Shown here: piece by piece, positions 37,300-50,908 of the stretch | How positions within the stretch are numbered: the stretch's first letter is position 1 | Layout of the letters: the number at the start of each line of letters is the position of its first letter | NCBI GenBank assembly: GCA_010909165.1 | Contig: MU008169.1 | Location: 682,001 to 746,000 of the forward strand | Direction of reading: 5' to 3' | Length of the DNA: 64,000 nt | Origin: Anthoceros angustus | Lineage: Eukaryota; Plantae; Anthocerotophyta | Position numbers and translations under genes: made by a program | Notes under the pieces: generated by a model | The model's database searches: none | The model's input: only the letters and a program-made list of their open reading frames with translations | What the model was told of the DNA's origin: nothing

Positions 37300-40200
37300 G
37301 AAGTCTTTGCCACACCTGTGCTTGGAGGTGGCCGACATCGGCTCTCGGCCTCCCTACCATTCAGGGTGCCGCGGACACCAAGAAATCTTAACCGGTATGC
37401 CGCTCAGGAAGGATCCCATGCAAACAACGGTGTGAGCAAGCGACCGCTAGAAACCGAGGCCCTCCCAAGGGTGGGCTCGAATGCGTGGAGGCGGTTGTTC
37501 GCTGCGGTGGAGTCTCACGCACCATCAACGAAGCTGCGGCAATATGCGAATGAGGAGGCGATTTCGAGCAGTCCGGACATCGACATCCGCCATCTTATCA
37601 CCCCAAACCCGGTGAGTGAGACTTTGGTGTCTGCGAGACTACGAGTGTGTGCGGAAGAGGCGGTGCGGGGTCTCAATGAGGAAATGTGAAGTCGAAGTAT
37701 CAACATTGATTTCGGAAGGCATGTTGCAATGTGTGTCTCCGCAGTTGACAAAAGAAAGGTTTCGTGAACAACGATATCGCTATTCACGGATGGGGGGGGA
37801 GGAAACATTTTGGAATCCAACGATTGTCTGCAGCGGGATCAGGTACGTCAAAGTTGTGACTCATCTTGGGGATCCTTTAGATCTTTTCTTCTTGAGGTGT
37901 ATTGCCTCGGCAGTATGAAGAGTTGAAGAGTAGAGTCATAGATGCACCGTGGGATGCTATGAGGCCGAATCCAAAAGCAGCTCTCACCATGCATTAAGTG
38001 CAATAGGATGGACAATGCTTTCCTCAACATGGTGAGAGACTTCCAAATATCGAGGTCTTCAACTTACGACACATACACAAAACTAGAAATTTGGAGTGAA
38101 TATAGGCGGCATTGTGAACAAAGAGGTCGATGCGTGACCTGTTCTTGAAGCTATGGAAAGGGCACTTCAACAGGTAAAGATTCCAAAGTCAGATTCTCTA
38201 CTTGCTCGCTTGCTACTGGATTGAAAACAACTATACTGAAATACAATCTCAAAGGTTGATCAAGGTAAGTTACATTGTTATCCTTATCCCTTGCTTTCCC
38301 ATCTGAGGGTTGTTGTGTGGGCCAAACCCTCAATGGCGATGTATATGTAGTATGTGAATGTGCCCCCCCCTTGTGGCGGTTGGCGTAATATGTCTATCTA
38401 GGAGGGTTCCCACAGTCATGCGGGCGGTCGGCCACCCCAGTACCCAAGCATGTGCCTATCATTGCTTGGGCCCGGCATCAGCACCGCTATTACCATCGAC
38501 CTTGCGGGAATGAGGTCGGGGCCAGGCGCCGGTGGGCGCGCCCAAACAAGTATGCCTTGTAACCTTCCGGGCTTGAAATGCGACAAATGTGTTCGATTAT
38601 ATCATTTAAGGTCCGTCGTAGGGTGGAGGGGTGGAGGAAGGTCAAGTTGGCGGTGTCCATGACATACATTGCCACATGTCGGAGAGTGATGCTTGCACGA
38701 TGATTCTGGACATCATACTATGTTTTTATCTTGTAAGTTGACAACTTTAAAACTCACAAAACTACGGTGTGCATATGTTATGTGCGAGAGAAATATCAAA
38801 CGACATTGGGCGCCATGACTTTAGCGTCACGAAGATGACAAAACACGGAGCAAGAGTTATGTTGAACCACATAAGTATATGCTGCTATGTATCGATGGCA
38901 TGGACGAGAAGAAGGCGAGCTACACATGTTGAGGTGGCAAAACCTAGGCGAGGAATGCATTTGTTCACGTGGTCGGTGCATGATCCACAACTACACCCAC
39001 AGCGTTTTGCACGCCAACCTCGGAATGATGCCAATTTGACTATCGGCGTCATTCAAGATGTCATCCACAACTATGATGGTGTCTGCCCAAAGTGTTGTAT
39101 TTGCAACTTGACAATACATGTCGGAGAACAAGAATCAGCTATTGTTTGCATATTTGAACATGCTCGTTGATATGGGCACGTTCGAAAAAGTGAAGGTGGG
39201 ATTCCTCTTGGTTGGTCACACCATGATCAAATAGACCGGATGTTTTCTGCTTTTCCAAAAGCCTTAAACACAAAAAGCGCACACGCTACCGTGGCGGACG
39301 TGCGGAGGCATATACTCCCTCTCCAGGTGAAGGTTACTGGAGGTTCAGTTCGGACATATGTTGTCTGAGCAGGCGAGGGGTGAAGTATGCGGCGGTGAAG
39401 AAGTTGAATAATCATCATACCGGCACAGTTCAAAATTACAGCGAGGACAAACGACGATCAGTCACGATCATCGAGAAAGCGATTATTCAACGCTTTGGGA
39501 AGCGGAGGCGGTTTGGAGTTTTAAATTTCGTTCCTTAAAGGCCATACTTTGATGTCCTTACGTGCAGGATAAAAAGGAACGCGGGGCACTCACACCGAAG
39601 GTGTGGCTCATTTGAAGGATGGGTTAGTGGGTTTGCGACCTTATATGTAGAAGAGTACAAGTGGTGGGAAGAATTGCAGGTTGACCACCGAGATTCTTAT
39701 TGTCGAAAACCACATCGGCCTTGTTCGGACCGTCCTTGGAAATGGTTCTCCCGTCTTTGAAGAGGAAGAGGCATGACCCCTTCATGTAGATGAAGCTTTG
39801 CTAGAGGAAGCACTTGAGGAGCTTCCCCAGCGAGATATGTACACAGGCATATCAAAACATTGGAAGGCGGCGTGAAATGGCGCGGTTGAATGGCGATATT
39901 GCGAGATCAAGAAGGAATGTTCCTCGCGGTGCCATGCACCACCGACACACATGACCTTTGATTGGGAAAGTAGCAGACGTGAGGTTGGATGCACCACAAC
40001 CTCACTTTCTTATCCACAGTATCGGACGGATCATGCGTGCTCAGGCGGTATGTAGAGGAATATATACTACGAGGAAGCCGCAAACAAGATGGACCCTTTG
40101 GGAAAAGAATAAGGTATTTTATCCCAAAACATACAGGTCTATGTCAATGATACGATCATCCTTTACTACGGTTTTATTTTGAATGCGGAAACATTTGTAT
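37300..40200 (+). pseudogene. DUF7869/Sola-like DDE transposase of element B
   Basis: LQLDNTCRENKNQLLFAYLNMLVDMGTFEKVKVGFLLVGHTHDQIDRMFSAFSKAL read across frameshifts at ~39100-39270; cysteine-rich N-terminal region ~37630-37800. Confidence 0.85.
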
Positions 40201-41262
40201 GCGGTGGACAAAAGGCGATCGAGGACAAATTGAGCGGTGCTGGATTCATACCGGTCAAAGTGTGGCGGAGGATAGCGATGACAATAATGGGGACCGGGCC
40301 AGCGATAACGAAGGCGTGAACTCGGGACTAGCTATTGGCCGTGGACGACCCCGGCTGAACCATTCTCATTAGGGTTGTATGGATGTGGCTCCCCACTTCA
40401 CGTGTCCATTACGCCCATCCTTTCCAACTTAATCGCGATGGAAGGGTGGGGGCGGCCTGGCGCGCCCCCATTCTTCTAAGTGCATAACTTTATCTCATTG
40501 AAGTAGCGCAATGGCATTGCATTTATGTTTATTGGGTCCCCTGTCACGCAGTATTGATGGGTGTCACGCGTATTGATGGTGTCCGAATATGGTGCGTGTG
40601 ATCGGTTTGGGGGTAGTTGTGTGCAACACCACGGCATGCAACATGACCCCTCGCAAGGTTCTTCTATGCCATTCCAAAGGAAGTGGTGACCATGCGATAT
40701 CAAACATGTGGAATGTGTCCTTGTGGACAATGGCGGAGGCGGGCGCCGCCACTCGTGGAACATGCCACGCACATCCACTGTTCAAATTCATTCAAGGAAC
40801 GGTGCCCAAGTGGATAGCAAACATGTTCCATGTGACCTTCCACACATGGTGAGGCAGGAGGGGCGCCAGCCGGCGCCCATCCTGCCTCCTGTATAGTGAA
40901 GGATCACACATTACACAGGCAGGAAACAAAATTTTCTTCCCATAAATATGTTGATGGTTTGAACTGTCGCGAAATTGCATAACCCTTCCATAGTGGCGTT
41001 CGATTCGATTTTATAACGGTATTGCTTGACCGCATACGGGGTGTGCATAGTGGGTCTTGTTTTGGCGAAACAAATGGTTAAGGAAGAGGGTCACCTTGGG
41101 TCATATGAACCAACGGAAAACTCGTATGATCCAAGAGCCGGACCCTTTTTTCGCTATGGTTTCCTAATAGCTGAACCCACTTTTAGACCCATCACCAACC
41201 CTCTTGATGAGTTATTCACAAAAACCCCATCGAGGATATTCCCCTTCAAAATTTATGGTGTT

Positions 41263-44110
41263 GAGTGTATCTATTTATCTTCGAACGTAGAGTGCCTACG
41301 CCTAGGCTGGTTGGTGTCGTTGATGCCGGATGTTCTCATGTGCCCTCATGATACGGATCCGAGTCTCGTTACGCCTTGGGTGTTTATTGGTTGGATATCC
41401 GGATTATCATGATTAGGAAAATCAAAATATATATTTACGCTTGCCTTTTGGAGTCTTGGGATAAGGACCATAATTGTTGAGTCGATTATGTGGTGTCGGT
41501 GTTGCTCCGTCCGGACGCGTGTCGGGCTGTGATGATGAGCGGCCGACCTGCGGAGGGATGATCCGGATGCTGGGGGCGTCTGCGTGTGTAGGCGGTCCAT
41601 GTTCACGCCTTGGTGTGGGCGCTCGTGCCCAGATTCAGGCGTTACGCATGGTGAGCTCTCCCCATCCTGGTGGCCGGGTGCAGAACCTCCTTGGTGCGCG
41701 CCTGTAGGGCTGATGTGATGGAGGCCGTCGAGGGTGTCGTCCTCGTCAAGCCCCATACTGAGCTCGCCTACCCCCTTAGCTCAGAGCCGTTGCGCCCGGG
41801 GCTGGAGGAGAGTGCCAGTGAGGGTGGCAGGTCGGCATTGCATCGCCCGAACATGATTGGTTGAGGTGTGTCCCCAGCAGACTGAAATAGGGGGCCGTGC
41901 GTGGGTGCAGGTGTGGCTGGAGGTGCGGGTTGGGCGGGGGGCTGAGGCTGAGCCTGGGGCTGTGGTTGTGGTGGGATCCGGCCAGGGACGGAGAAATCCA
42001 CGGAACCATCCTCGTCGTCGCTGTCTACAGGTTGTGAAGCTCCCACTGGCTGTGGCTGCATATCCTCAAGAAATGTGACATCGCGAGAATGAGTCACCTT
42101 GTGGGTTTGAGGGTGTATAATTTTGTAGCCTTTGATGGTCGGTGGGCAGGAGCAGGAACCGGGCCTTATTGTCGAGTTTTGTCACGAGAGCCTTGGGAAT
42201 GTGGGCATACACAGGAGCTCGAATACCCGTAATGAGGATAAATCTGGCTTGTTGCCTGTCCAGGCTTCGTATGGGGTGCCCTGAGAGAGGGACAAGGTTA
42301 GTGTTGCGATGTAGCGTCTTGCATTGCCTCGGCGATGGATTTAGATGGCCAGGCGTGGATGAGCATGGCTAGTCCAGCGATTTGTATAGTTCTGTTCATC
42401 CATTCTGCGACCCGTTACCGAGAGGTGTGTGGTGGTAATCATGCATTGATCGTGTTCCTTGCGAAGTTGGAAAATTAGTGGAGCCATATTCACCACCTCC
42501 ATCGGATCTGAGGCAAAAGTAAGGTATCGCTTGTTTGTTTTCGGACCCGAGGTCTTGTAGTCCTTGAAGCATGAAAATGCTTGGGCCTTGTTCTTGAGTG
42601 TGTAAATGACAGTGAAGCGAGTGAAGCCGTCGATTACCAGCATAAAGTAGGTGTAGCCGAACAATGATCTGGTGAAGGGCCCGCAGAGGTCAGAATGTAC
42701 CAGCTGAAGGCGCTTGGTTGCTCGTGTGTTGGATGCCTTAGGAAAAGGTGATCGATGGCTCTTTCCAAGGGAACAGCTTCACAAGTGCCAAGTCCTCACG
42801 TGAGAGGGTAGTTGAGCATGAGTTTTAACATGTCCTTCATTTTCGCAGATTCATGTGCCCGAGCATGCCACAGTGAACGCTCCGATTGTGTTTACGTGCC
42901 TCGCGGATAGAGATGAGGGTGGCTAACCACGAGATGGTATAAGTCGTCATTTTAAGGTCACCGTGGCGATCAGTCGCTTGTGTTTCAATGACACAATGGT
43001 CGCCCAAAGTGCACGAAATGTTGATCAACCTTTCGAACGAGAAGAGATTTTGGTGAGGCCGTGTACTAGAAGGACATCGAAATCAGAGGTTGAGTTGGGT
43101 TGGACATTGAGGTCTACTGATCCAAGCCCAAGTATGTGGTGTTTAGAATTGTCACCAAGGCTGACAAAATTCGGCTGTGCTGTAGGTGTTATTTTAGTGA
43201 AGTATTCCCTGTGGGGAGTCATATGTTGGGAGGCTCCGAGTCATATACCCGCCTTTGGGCAGATAAGGAGGCTACAAGAGCCGAGGTGTGCTAGTGTTGA
43301 GGGTCGTGGTCAATGTGAGCGAGGAAAGCCTTAGAGTGCCTCGCATGGTTAAGGGCCGCCTGGCCGAATGTCGATCAGTAATTGTTAGAAGATCCTAACC
43401 GCCACTTCTTCATACTAGGATCTTCCATGATGGGTTGAAATTGCCTCGCCTCGCCGGGGAATGTACCGTCCTCTATTTGTGCGATTGTGCCCCTAAGGAG
43501 CCTCTTCCACGACTGCTCCGCCTCGTCCTGTGAAGAAAGCACCGCTGGAGGAGGGCCTCGCCTGAGCAAATACTTTCCGACGGCCTTCCTCCGTAAGCAT
43601 GGCACTTAAAACCTTGTTGACCGTGAGGGGTTGAATTTCGTAAGCCTCAGACGACCCCGACCCCACGATTCCTGTAGAATGTGGATAGCGATTGCGGCTA
43701 GAGCTCCTCGGGATGTTGAATGAGGGCTGAATTTCACGGTCCACCAAACACCATTGCGTGGTGGTCCACATGGTCGCCCGCCATGCGAAGACCGAGGTAG
43801 CTCTTGATAGTGTGTATGGTGTGCATGATGTCGTGGCGTCAGATTTCTGCAACAAGCTATGCCTACCTGTGGGTCGTCCTCCAAATGCGATTTGCCTTGC
43901 TTCATGCTTTGCATGAGAACATTTTTGGCTTGTTGGTTGTAGTCCTCCCATTCTTCTTTCTCCTTACGTGGTGCAACTCGGGCAAGCTATGGGGTGCCAA
44001 CCCCACCAACGTAGCCCCATAGCTTGGTTAAGGTGATCCAAATTTCCAAGTGGGGAAATTATGTTGGCGTCAAACTTGTCCTCCTGGAGGGGAGAGGTGG
44101 AGGTTGACAT
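41263..44110 (-). pseudogene. copia C gag-protease-integrase
   Basis: MSTSTSPLQEDKFD (start 44110), LGHMNLRK, YFMLVIDGFTRFTVIYTLKNKAQAF, THSRDVTFLE. Confidence 0.88.
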
Positions 44111-44346
44111 TGTGGAGATACCTCATGCATCTAGCAAGAAAGGCCAGATGCGAGGCATGCGAGCAATGGAAATAAAACGATGTGTATTTAATAATGAGCA
44201 GAAAAATGTTATATACAAAAGTAGCCTAATAACCCTAAATAGCATAACCTAAAAGTAAGTGATATTTAACCGTCGTGGTTATTAATCCAACACTCCCACT
44301 TAACCTCGACGGTTAAAACCAGTATAAAGTCCACCAAAATAAGTTC

Positions 44347-44416
44347 TGGTCAGCACCCCATCCGGGTACTGATCGGCACTCGGCCGCTTAACTGCAGAGT
44401 TTCGATATGAAGCCCG
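44347..44416 (-). ncRNA. 5S rRNA-derived fragment (internal control region)
   Basis: aactctgcagttaagcg...tcagtacccggatggggtg aligns to plant 5S AACTCCGCAGTTAAGCG...GTAGTACTAGGATGGGTG; 5S 5' and 3' ends absent. Confidence 0.6.
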
Positions 44417-45139
44417 CTACAAGCCACGCCCCGCTTTTCCTTGCACTATGTCTACCAAAATACATTATTTATAACAAAGCCATTGCGAGATTCAGATAAA
44501 CACGGCATAAACACTCCGCGAACACAACAGCATTAAAAGTTGCGATCTTCACATCGCTGGTGGCGCCGCGACCTGAATTTCTTCACAAACATGGTGCAAC
44601 TTGAAAGCGGCGGGTTTTCTAGCCAAGGCACTGTGACAGATCTCGTGAAAAATCTCAAGGCTCCTGCAAATCTGCAGTACTGTGAAAAGTCCGGCCAACC
44701 ACGCACACAAAGCGCCGCGGGACTTAGCTAGGGCTGATGGCAAGTGCAAGGAGCTGCGAGGCCGGAAGAGGCGAGGGCTCGTGCTAACTCATCCGCAAGT
44801 GGAGACACGGGTGGAGGAAAGGGAAGATGATAGGCACTGCGTGGAGGAGTATAGAGAAATGTTGAGGAACTCAAACTCGTGGCCTATACACACCGAGCAA
44901 GAACGAAGGACATTAAGGTGAGGATGCCTCGTGATAGCAATCTCCATGTCACAGGGGATTAGGTAATTGTGAGGCTTCATCCTGAAAAACATGGAGGTGA
45001 TGGTGACTAACCTAACAGATGGTGCTCCCAGCAGTGTGAACAAGACAACCAAGTCGAAAAAGGATCACAGAGGAGACTAGTTACATGGTAAATTGTGGGT
45101 CACCCACCATGTAAGCATTCAATCGCGAAAATACTTGCT

Positions 45140-48100
45140 GAAATCTAGACCTAAACCCTCTACATGTGTCGATGTTTGTGTTTGGGCGTGGTTTAGTGAG
45201 GACATCAGTATTTCCGCCGGTGGATATAAGAAGTGACAATTCCCTAGCCTGACATCCCTAACGAGTGATGTGCAATTCTATATGTTTCTTCTAGCGTGAA
45301 ATCTAGGACGATCAACAAGGGCTAGGGCGATTGATTATCACAGGCTGCTGTAGTAGGGAGTAGCTGCTCAGGAATCGAGGAGAGGAAAGAGCGTGCCCAT
45401 ATTCTTTTCGCAAAGATCGGTGAGACATTTATATTCGCTTCGGCTTGAGAGGGCAATCGCTTTGTTTCATGACTCCATGTAACTACCGCGAAGATAAGAA
45501 GAAGACATATGTAGACAAGCTCTTGCGTGTGTCCCCATCGGATGCCCAACAAGACGCAAAGGCTGACAAGGTAGGTGTTTCTCTGTTCTTTGTAGCATAG
45601 TCCATAATTATGTGTCCCCTTTAAATAACGAAATACTCGTTTGATGGCGATCCAGTTGATTACGGCCGTGATCCAGAATTGAGAGGTATGTTCACGATAT
45701 GTGATGTCCAGAGTCGATTACTTACAAACAATAAGCCGCCAACCGCTTGCGGTATGGGACATCTTTCATGTCGAATGTCAGCAAACGGATCATCCTTGGT
45801 GAGCTTCACTCCACTTGCACAAGGTGTGTTAGCGGATGTGCACCCATGTTAAAACGTTGGAGAATTTACGAAATGTATTTACGTTGATGGATGATGATCA
45901 AACCCTCCGACGCTCTCAATACTTGTATACCCGCATGAATTTTCAGCCTACATCCGTCATTTCAAATTGCTCAGTAACATGTCTTGAACTCGTGCTAACA
46001 AGTGGGTATCATTTCCAGAAATATGGCATCATCAACGTAACAAAGAAGAAGAACATAAGAGGTGCCATCATCATAGATGTAAGGATCTGCAGGCTTTGTC
46101 GAAATCCAAGGCCCCTTAGGCGTATCCGTTGCATTCCACCGCTCGCACTTTGTTTAAGACCATAAATACACTTAATCACATACATAGTCCGGATGATCGT
46201 GGTCTTCATAGCCTTCAGTCGTTCCATATACAATTCTTCTTCGAGTATCCCATGTAAGAAGGCCGTTTTACATCCATTTGCTGCAATTCTAAATCACGCT
46301 CAGAAAAAGCAAGCATGAGGCGAATTGATTGAGAGCGCACTTGGAGAAAATGTCTCCGGAAATCACGTATTTGTGTGAATCCACGTATGCAGAGCCTTGC
46401 TTTATAACGTGCTATGTTACCATCGCATCTAACTTATGCTTGAATACCCATTTGGTGTTATTGGTTTGCGCCTTAGGACGAGGAACAAGTTTCCGTGTAC
46501 CATTTTTCATAAGATCGTTGAATTCATCATCCACAAAGATGCCTCCACTTATCTCTATATGACCTGAAAATGCTTCTTTGAGAGTGACAGCTCGGGAGGG
46601 ATGATGGGCAAAGAGGCATTGTGATGATGGGATACATCCCACCGACTTACGAAAGTCAATAGATGTGTAACGGGCTCTAGCCATCGGAGGGAGGGCGATG
46701 AGCACGTGTAGACCTACGCATGTGTTCATGTGTAATATCACCGAATCGGTAATGTCTCTTCTTCACGGAAGAATCGAGCTTGGGAAGAAGCCGTGTTCAG
46801 TTCGATTCTACTGTTAACCGGATTGTGGGAGGCTCATGATCGAATTTTCAGCATTGTCATGCGGTGTTACGCATCGGGCTCGCATCTAGTGGAGTATCAC
46901 CGGAGGAGCAGTGTGGGAGATGACACCAAGATCGACCACCTCACAACATCATCTGGATACTCACGAATTTTCAATACAATTGGTCGTAACCCCAAAAGTG
47001 CACGTAAAATAAGGAGAATCGGTGATGATGGAACCAAATGCTCAATAAAGGTAACACTACGGGCTACCACCGGCTGCATATTTTGCATATCAAGAAGCTT
47101 GTAGCCCTTAGTCACTTCAATTGTAGCCTACAAATACAAGTTGTCTCGAGCGATTGTCAAGCTTACGCCTCTTCTCTGCGCACATAAGCAAAGGCCCGAG
47201 AACCAAATATGCGAAGATGTAAAAGACTTGGCTTTCTATTCCAAAAGAGCTGAAAAGGTGTGCCACCAGAATGTAACGAGAGGTAAGGCGGTTCAAAATG
47301 TAGGTTGTCAGGATAATGCCCTCAAAAAAGGATTGGGCGATCCGGACTATAAAAGCATGGAGCGCTCATCCCCATCGTAGTCCGGTTTCTTCCGCCACAC
47401 TGCTGCGTGTATGGAACTATCACCGATGAATAATGCCTTGTGTTTCGTGAAATGCTCAAAGGCGAGCTTGTAAATTCCCCTCCGTTGTCGCGGAACATCT
47501 TCAGATACCAGATTGCCTTTGAACAACCAACACCATCTTGAAATATCCGAAAGGTGTCACTCTTATGCTCCATAGGGTAGGTCCATGTATATCCGCTATA
47601 GTCATCATGAGAGTAAAATAATATAATGCTCCACCAAGGGATTGTTCTTGAAGTCTCCCACCGATGTCGCATGTACTAACTCCAAGCTGCGGATCGAAAT
47701 GGTAGGAAAAGGAGTCTCGCTTTGCCAAAGCACAAACTTCGCATATGGGAGATCTTTGAAGCAGGAAGGGCTCTAGAACCCGCTTTGATAAGTCAACAAG
47801 TTTAGAACGGTTTGCATGCCCAAGGCATGCCAAAGTATCTCGATGTTGTCAAGGGACCAACAAGTGGAATTTGCTTGTTCACGGATACAAGAGATATCCG
47901 ACGATACAATTCAATCTAGACGACTTTGAAAATACATGAGAAGGTGAGCTACGAGCAAAGCAACATGTGGTTTCGAGATCGTAAGTATGAGGTCCTTCAT
48001 CGCATTATCTTACTAAGTGACATTAAATTTTTAGCCATCTTAGGAACATAAAGAACATCCGTAGAACTAAGGCGGTATCATCATGAAGTGGGAACTTACA

Positions 48101-49150
48101 GGATGCCTTTACCATGTATGTGCGATGCTGGAACTGGATTCATCACCTAAAACACTGCTCGAAATAGTGGTAAGAGTCAAGCTAGTGAATTGAAGCTCAT
48201 CACGATATGTGAGCGGTGGCACCGCTATCAAGGTACCAACCGCTCACCTCACTCGCTTTGAGTGCTCGATCATAATATTTTCACAACCGGTTTGCTTGAC
48301 CGAGGTTCGGAAACCTTCTCTTTTGATTGTGATGTGGCGTGTGTAGGTCGAGGTGTTGCCCACGAGGCTCCCCTTTTCTTTCTGCACTCGCCCGGCTGAG
48401 TCCCACACCAATTGCGCTTACCTTGTCTCCTTGATAAGGTTGAGCGGCATTGCGCGGGTGGTTGACCTCTCCTCCGCCTCTCATGTTGAATCGACCTCCT
48501 CGTCGCAGAAAAACTTTGTCGGTTTAGAACGTGTTGTCCCCTTGATGACATTTGGCGGCTCATTTCCTCTTGATATAGAGCCCCAATAACATCCGTGAGC
48601 TTGACACTGCCGGCTCGAATGGGACCATTTTGTGTGGTGACAAATGTCCGTAACGGGAGGCGGTGAGAAGTCAGTGCTACCGCATCCACCTCTTGCATAG
48701 TTGTGCCAAGAGCACCATTTGAGCACGCAAGTGCCTAAACCGACTAGTGAATGCCGCAATGTAATCTCCTTCCTTCATGCGCAAGGTATAAAATTGCACT
48801 GATCGCATAAGCTCATCATTGTTTCAACTTTGTAAGTTCCTAAGTGATCCCAAATTGCTTTTGCATTGGTAAGGAACTCAATTTCGTGGACAAGATCGAC
48901 TCAAGCCCATTGACTAGGAGGGCAACAGAATTCTCGTGTTATCCCATGCATCTTCGCTTTGAGTAACGTAGCTCCCCGCTGTAGGATTAGAAGGAGTGCC
49001 GGATCCGGGTTTGTCCCATCAACTACATCCCGGACTCCACGAGCAAGTAAAGTGGATTTCATCCGACACTCCAAATATCAAAACGCGTGCCATTAAATCT
49101 ATCCGTGCTCTTGAGATCGGAGGTAAAAGTAGTGATCAGACGGTGTAGCT
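45140..49150 (-). pseudogene. copia D gag-pol
   Basis: DRFNGTRFDIW gag start, LGHANRSKL, DDYSGYTWTY, DNGGEFTS, KWVFKHKLDA, IYGLKQSA, DVLTKP. Confidence 0.88.
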
Positions 49151-50908
49151 ACATCTGTATAACAGAAAAGATGGAGCAAGCAAAGACTAACTAACAAGGA
49201 AGCGTAATTCTAATGCGTAAATGAATAGTAACCATTCAAATCTTAGTGTGTAACTATCAAGATAATAAACGTGCCCTAAAAATAAATATAAACTAGGGCT
49301 AAAGGGAGGAAAGGGGATTCAGAGAACATGAAGGGAAGCCGTAGTGACATACTCAGTAACCCTAACTGCCTCTCTTCATATCTCGCAATCATGGTGGAGC
49401 AATTGAGACACAAGAATCCAAAGAACAAATCCCTAATTGCAACCTCTCCTCAGGCAATGGAAACAAATCAGGATCGTGATAGGTGGGCAACAATGCCTCA
49501 AGATTTAGATTCTCCCGCAATGGATGGCTTGTCTCGTCATTTTCTCAAGGGAAGGCAAATTAGAAACCCCAAGAAGAATGAACAGATTGTCAATTCGTTG
49601 CAAATAACGAAAACACTTCTTGCGGCAATTAAGTGCACGTGTGCGCTTCTCTTGCTCATGCAAAGCCTCTAGAAAAATGTCTGTCTTGCACGAATTGAGC
49701 CACACATTTTCAATCCGATTACAATGAGATTCTACAAGAGAATGGATATCCTCATGTGCGGATTTTCAATCAAAATCTTCGCCTTCTATAGCATCATCAA
49801 GAAACTCCAAATTAGATCGCAGCCTTTTATTGTCTAAATGTGATATTTAGATTGTGTTTTAAATTGTCGATTCTGGTCACTTGTTTGGAGTGACTTCCAC
49901 AAGCTCGAACTTCTTGATGTCTATTTAATCTTTGCTCCTGTTTAAAATTATGGAGCCTTCTTTGCTCTTGCGACTGCCTCTTCCGATACTGCCGGATTAT
50001 TTCTCGATAATTATCGAGAAAATCTGCAATCCAGGCAGCTTGGGAGTGGGTGGAGAGATTAGTGGTCCACGCTGGTGCCTTGAAGGAAATTCACCACGCG
50101 AGAACACACGTTCTCCACGACCACGAGGCATTGCAAGATACAAAGGATTCAGACACCATCAAGGTGCTCGATACCATGTGGAGATACCTCATGCATCTAG
50201 CAAGAAAGGCCATGCAGAGGCATGCGAGAGCAATGGAAATAAAACGATGTGTATTTAATAATGAGCAGAAAAATGTTATATACAAAAGTAGCCTAATAAC
50301 CCTAAATAGCATAACCTAAAAGTAAGTGGGATATTTAACCGTCAAGGTTATTATCCAACAGATATCTTGTGTATGTTTAGTCTCTAAACGCTTAAATCAT
50401 CGTGTTTCCGAGTAGGGTATATATTTCTATCTGCATGGTGATCAGGACTCTATATGTTCTTTGAGGAATTTAATGTGTGTGGGTCGGCTTAATTTCTCTA
50501 TCACGGAATTGTGGAGGTTTGTGATTTCTTCAGCAGTGGGAGCGTGAAGAAACCGTGGCTGACTTAAGGACCCTAAGGATGTGACCTGTTCCTGATGCGT
50601 GAGAGATAGGAAGTTCACTGAAGCTGGATAGGTGATGTGTCATATCTTTGGTCAAGGTATCCTCAATGAATTCTTCCCTATTAGAAGCTGTGATGCCAGA
50701 AACTCTAGTCCATGCGTAGATTAGTACATCTTCATGAGCCTCTCTTAAGAATCTCTGCTCTATGGAATCGTAGAGATTCCAAATGGGCATCCCTATTTGC
50801 CCGCTTTGAGTTGGCGTTTTTCTTAGAACCCGCATGTTGTAGAGGGTTATTCTTCATGATTCTAGGGCAGGGGCTAGGACGTCATGCTGCCCGCCTCGAC
50901 ACTACGTT

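Larger units (their letters stand above)
32155..41262 (+). mobile_element. TIR DNA transposon B (9.1 kb, DUF7869/Sola-like) with ParB-methyltransferase cargo
   Basis: TIRs aacaccataaattatgaagggggaatat (32155-) and atattccccttcaaaatttatggtgtt (-41262); flanks GAGA/GAGT; removing it rejoins the copia IN-RT linker (cf. ggagaatatctat in copia A). Confidence 0.88.
44111..50360 (-). mobile_element. Ty1/copia element D nested in copia C
   Basis: LTRs 44111-44292 and 50177-50360; PBS tggtatcgagc (50166-50176); PPT 44293-44303; TSD GACAT/GATAT. Confidence 0.93.

Noticed and set aside
9494-41262. Functional link between the RdDM remodeller and the nearby MTase-bearing transposons
   Set aside because: Proximity alone in a transposon-dense region; no shared boundaries or other evidence.
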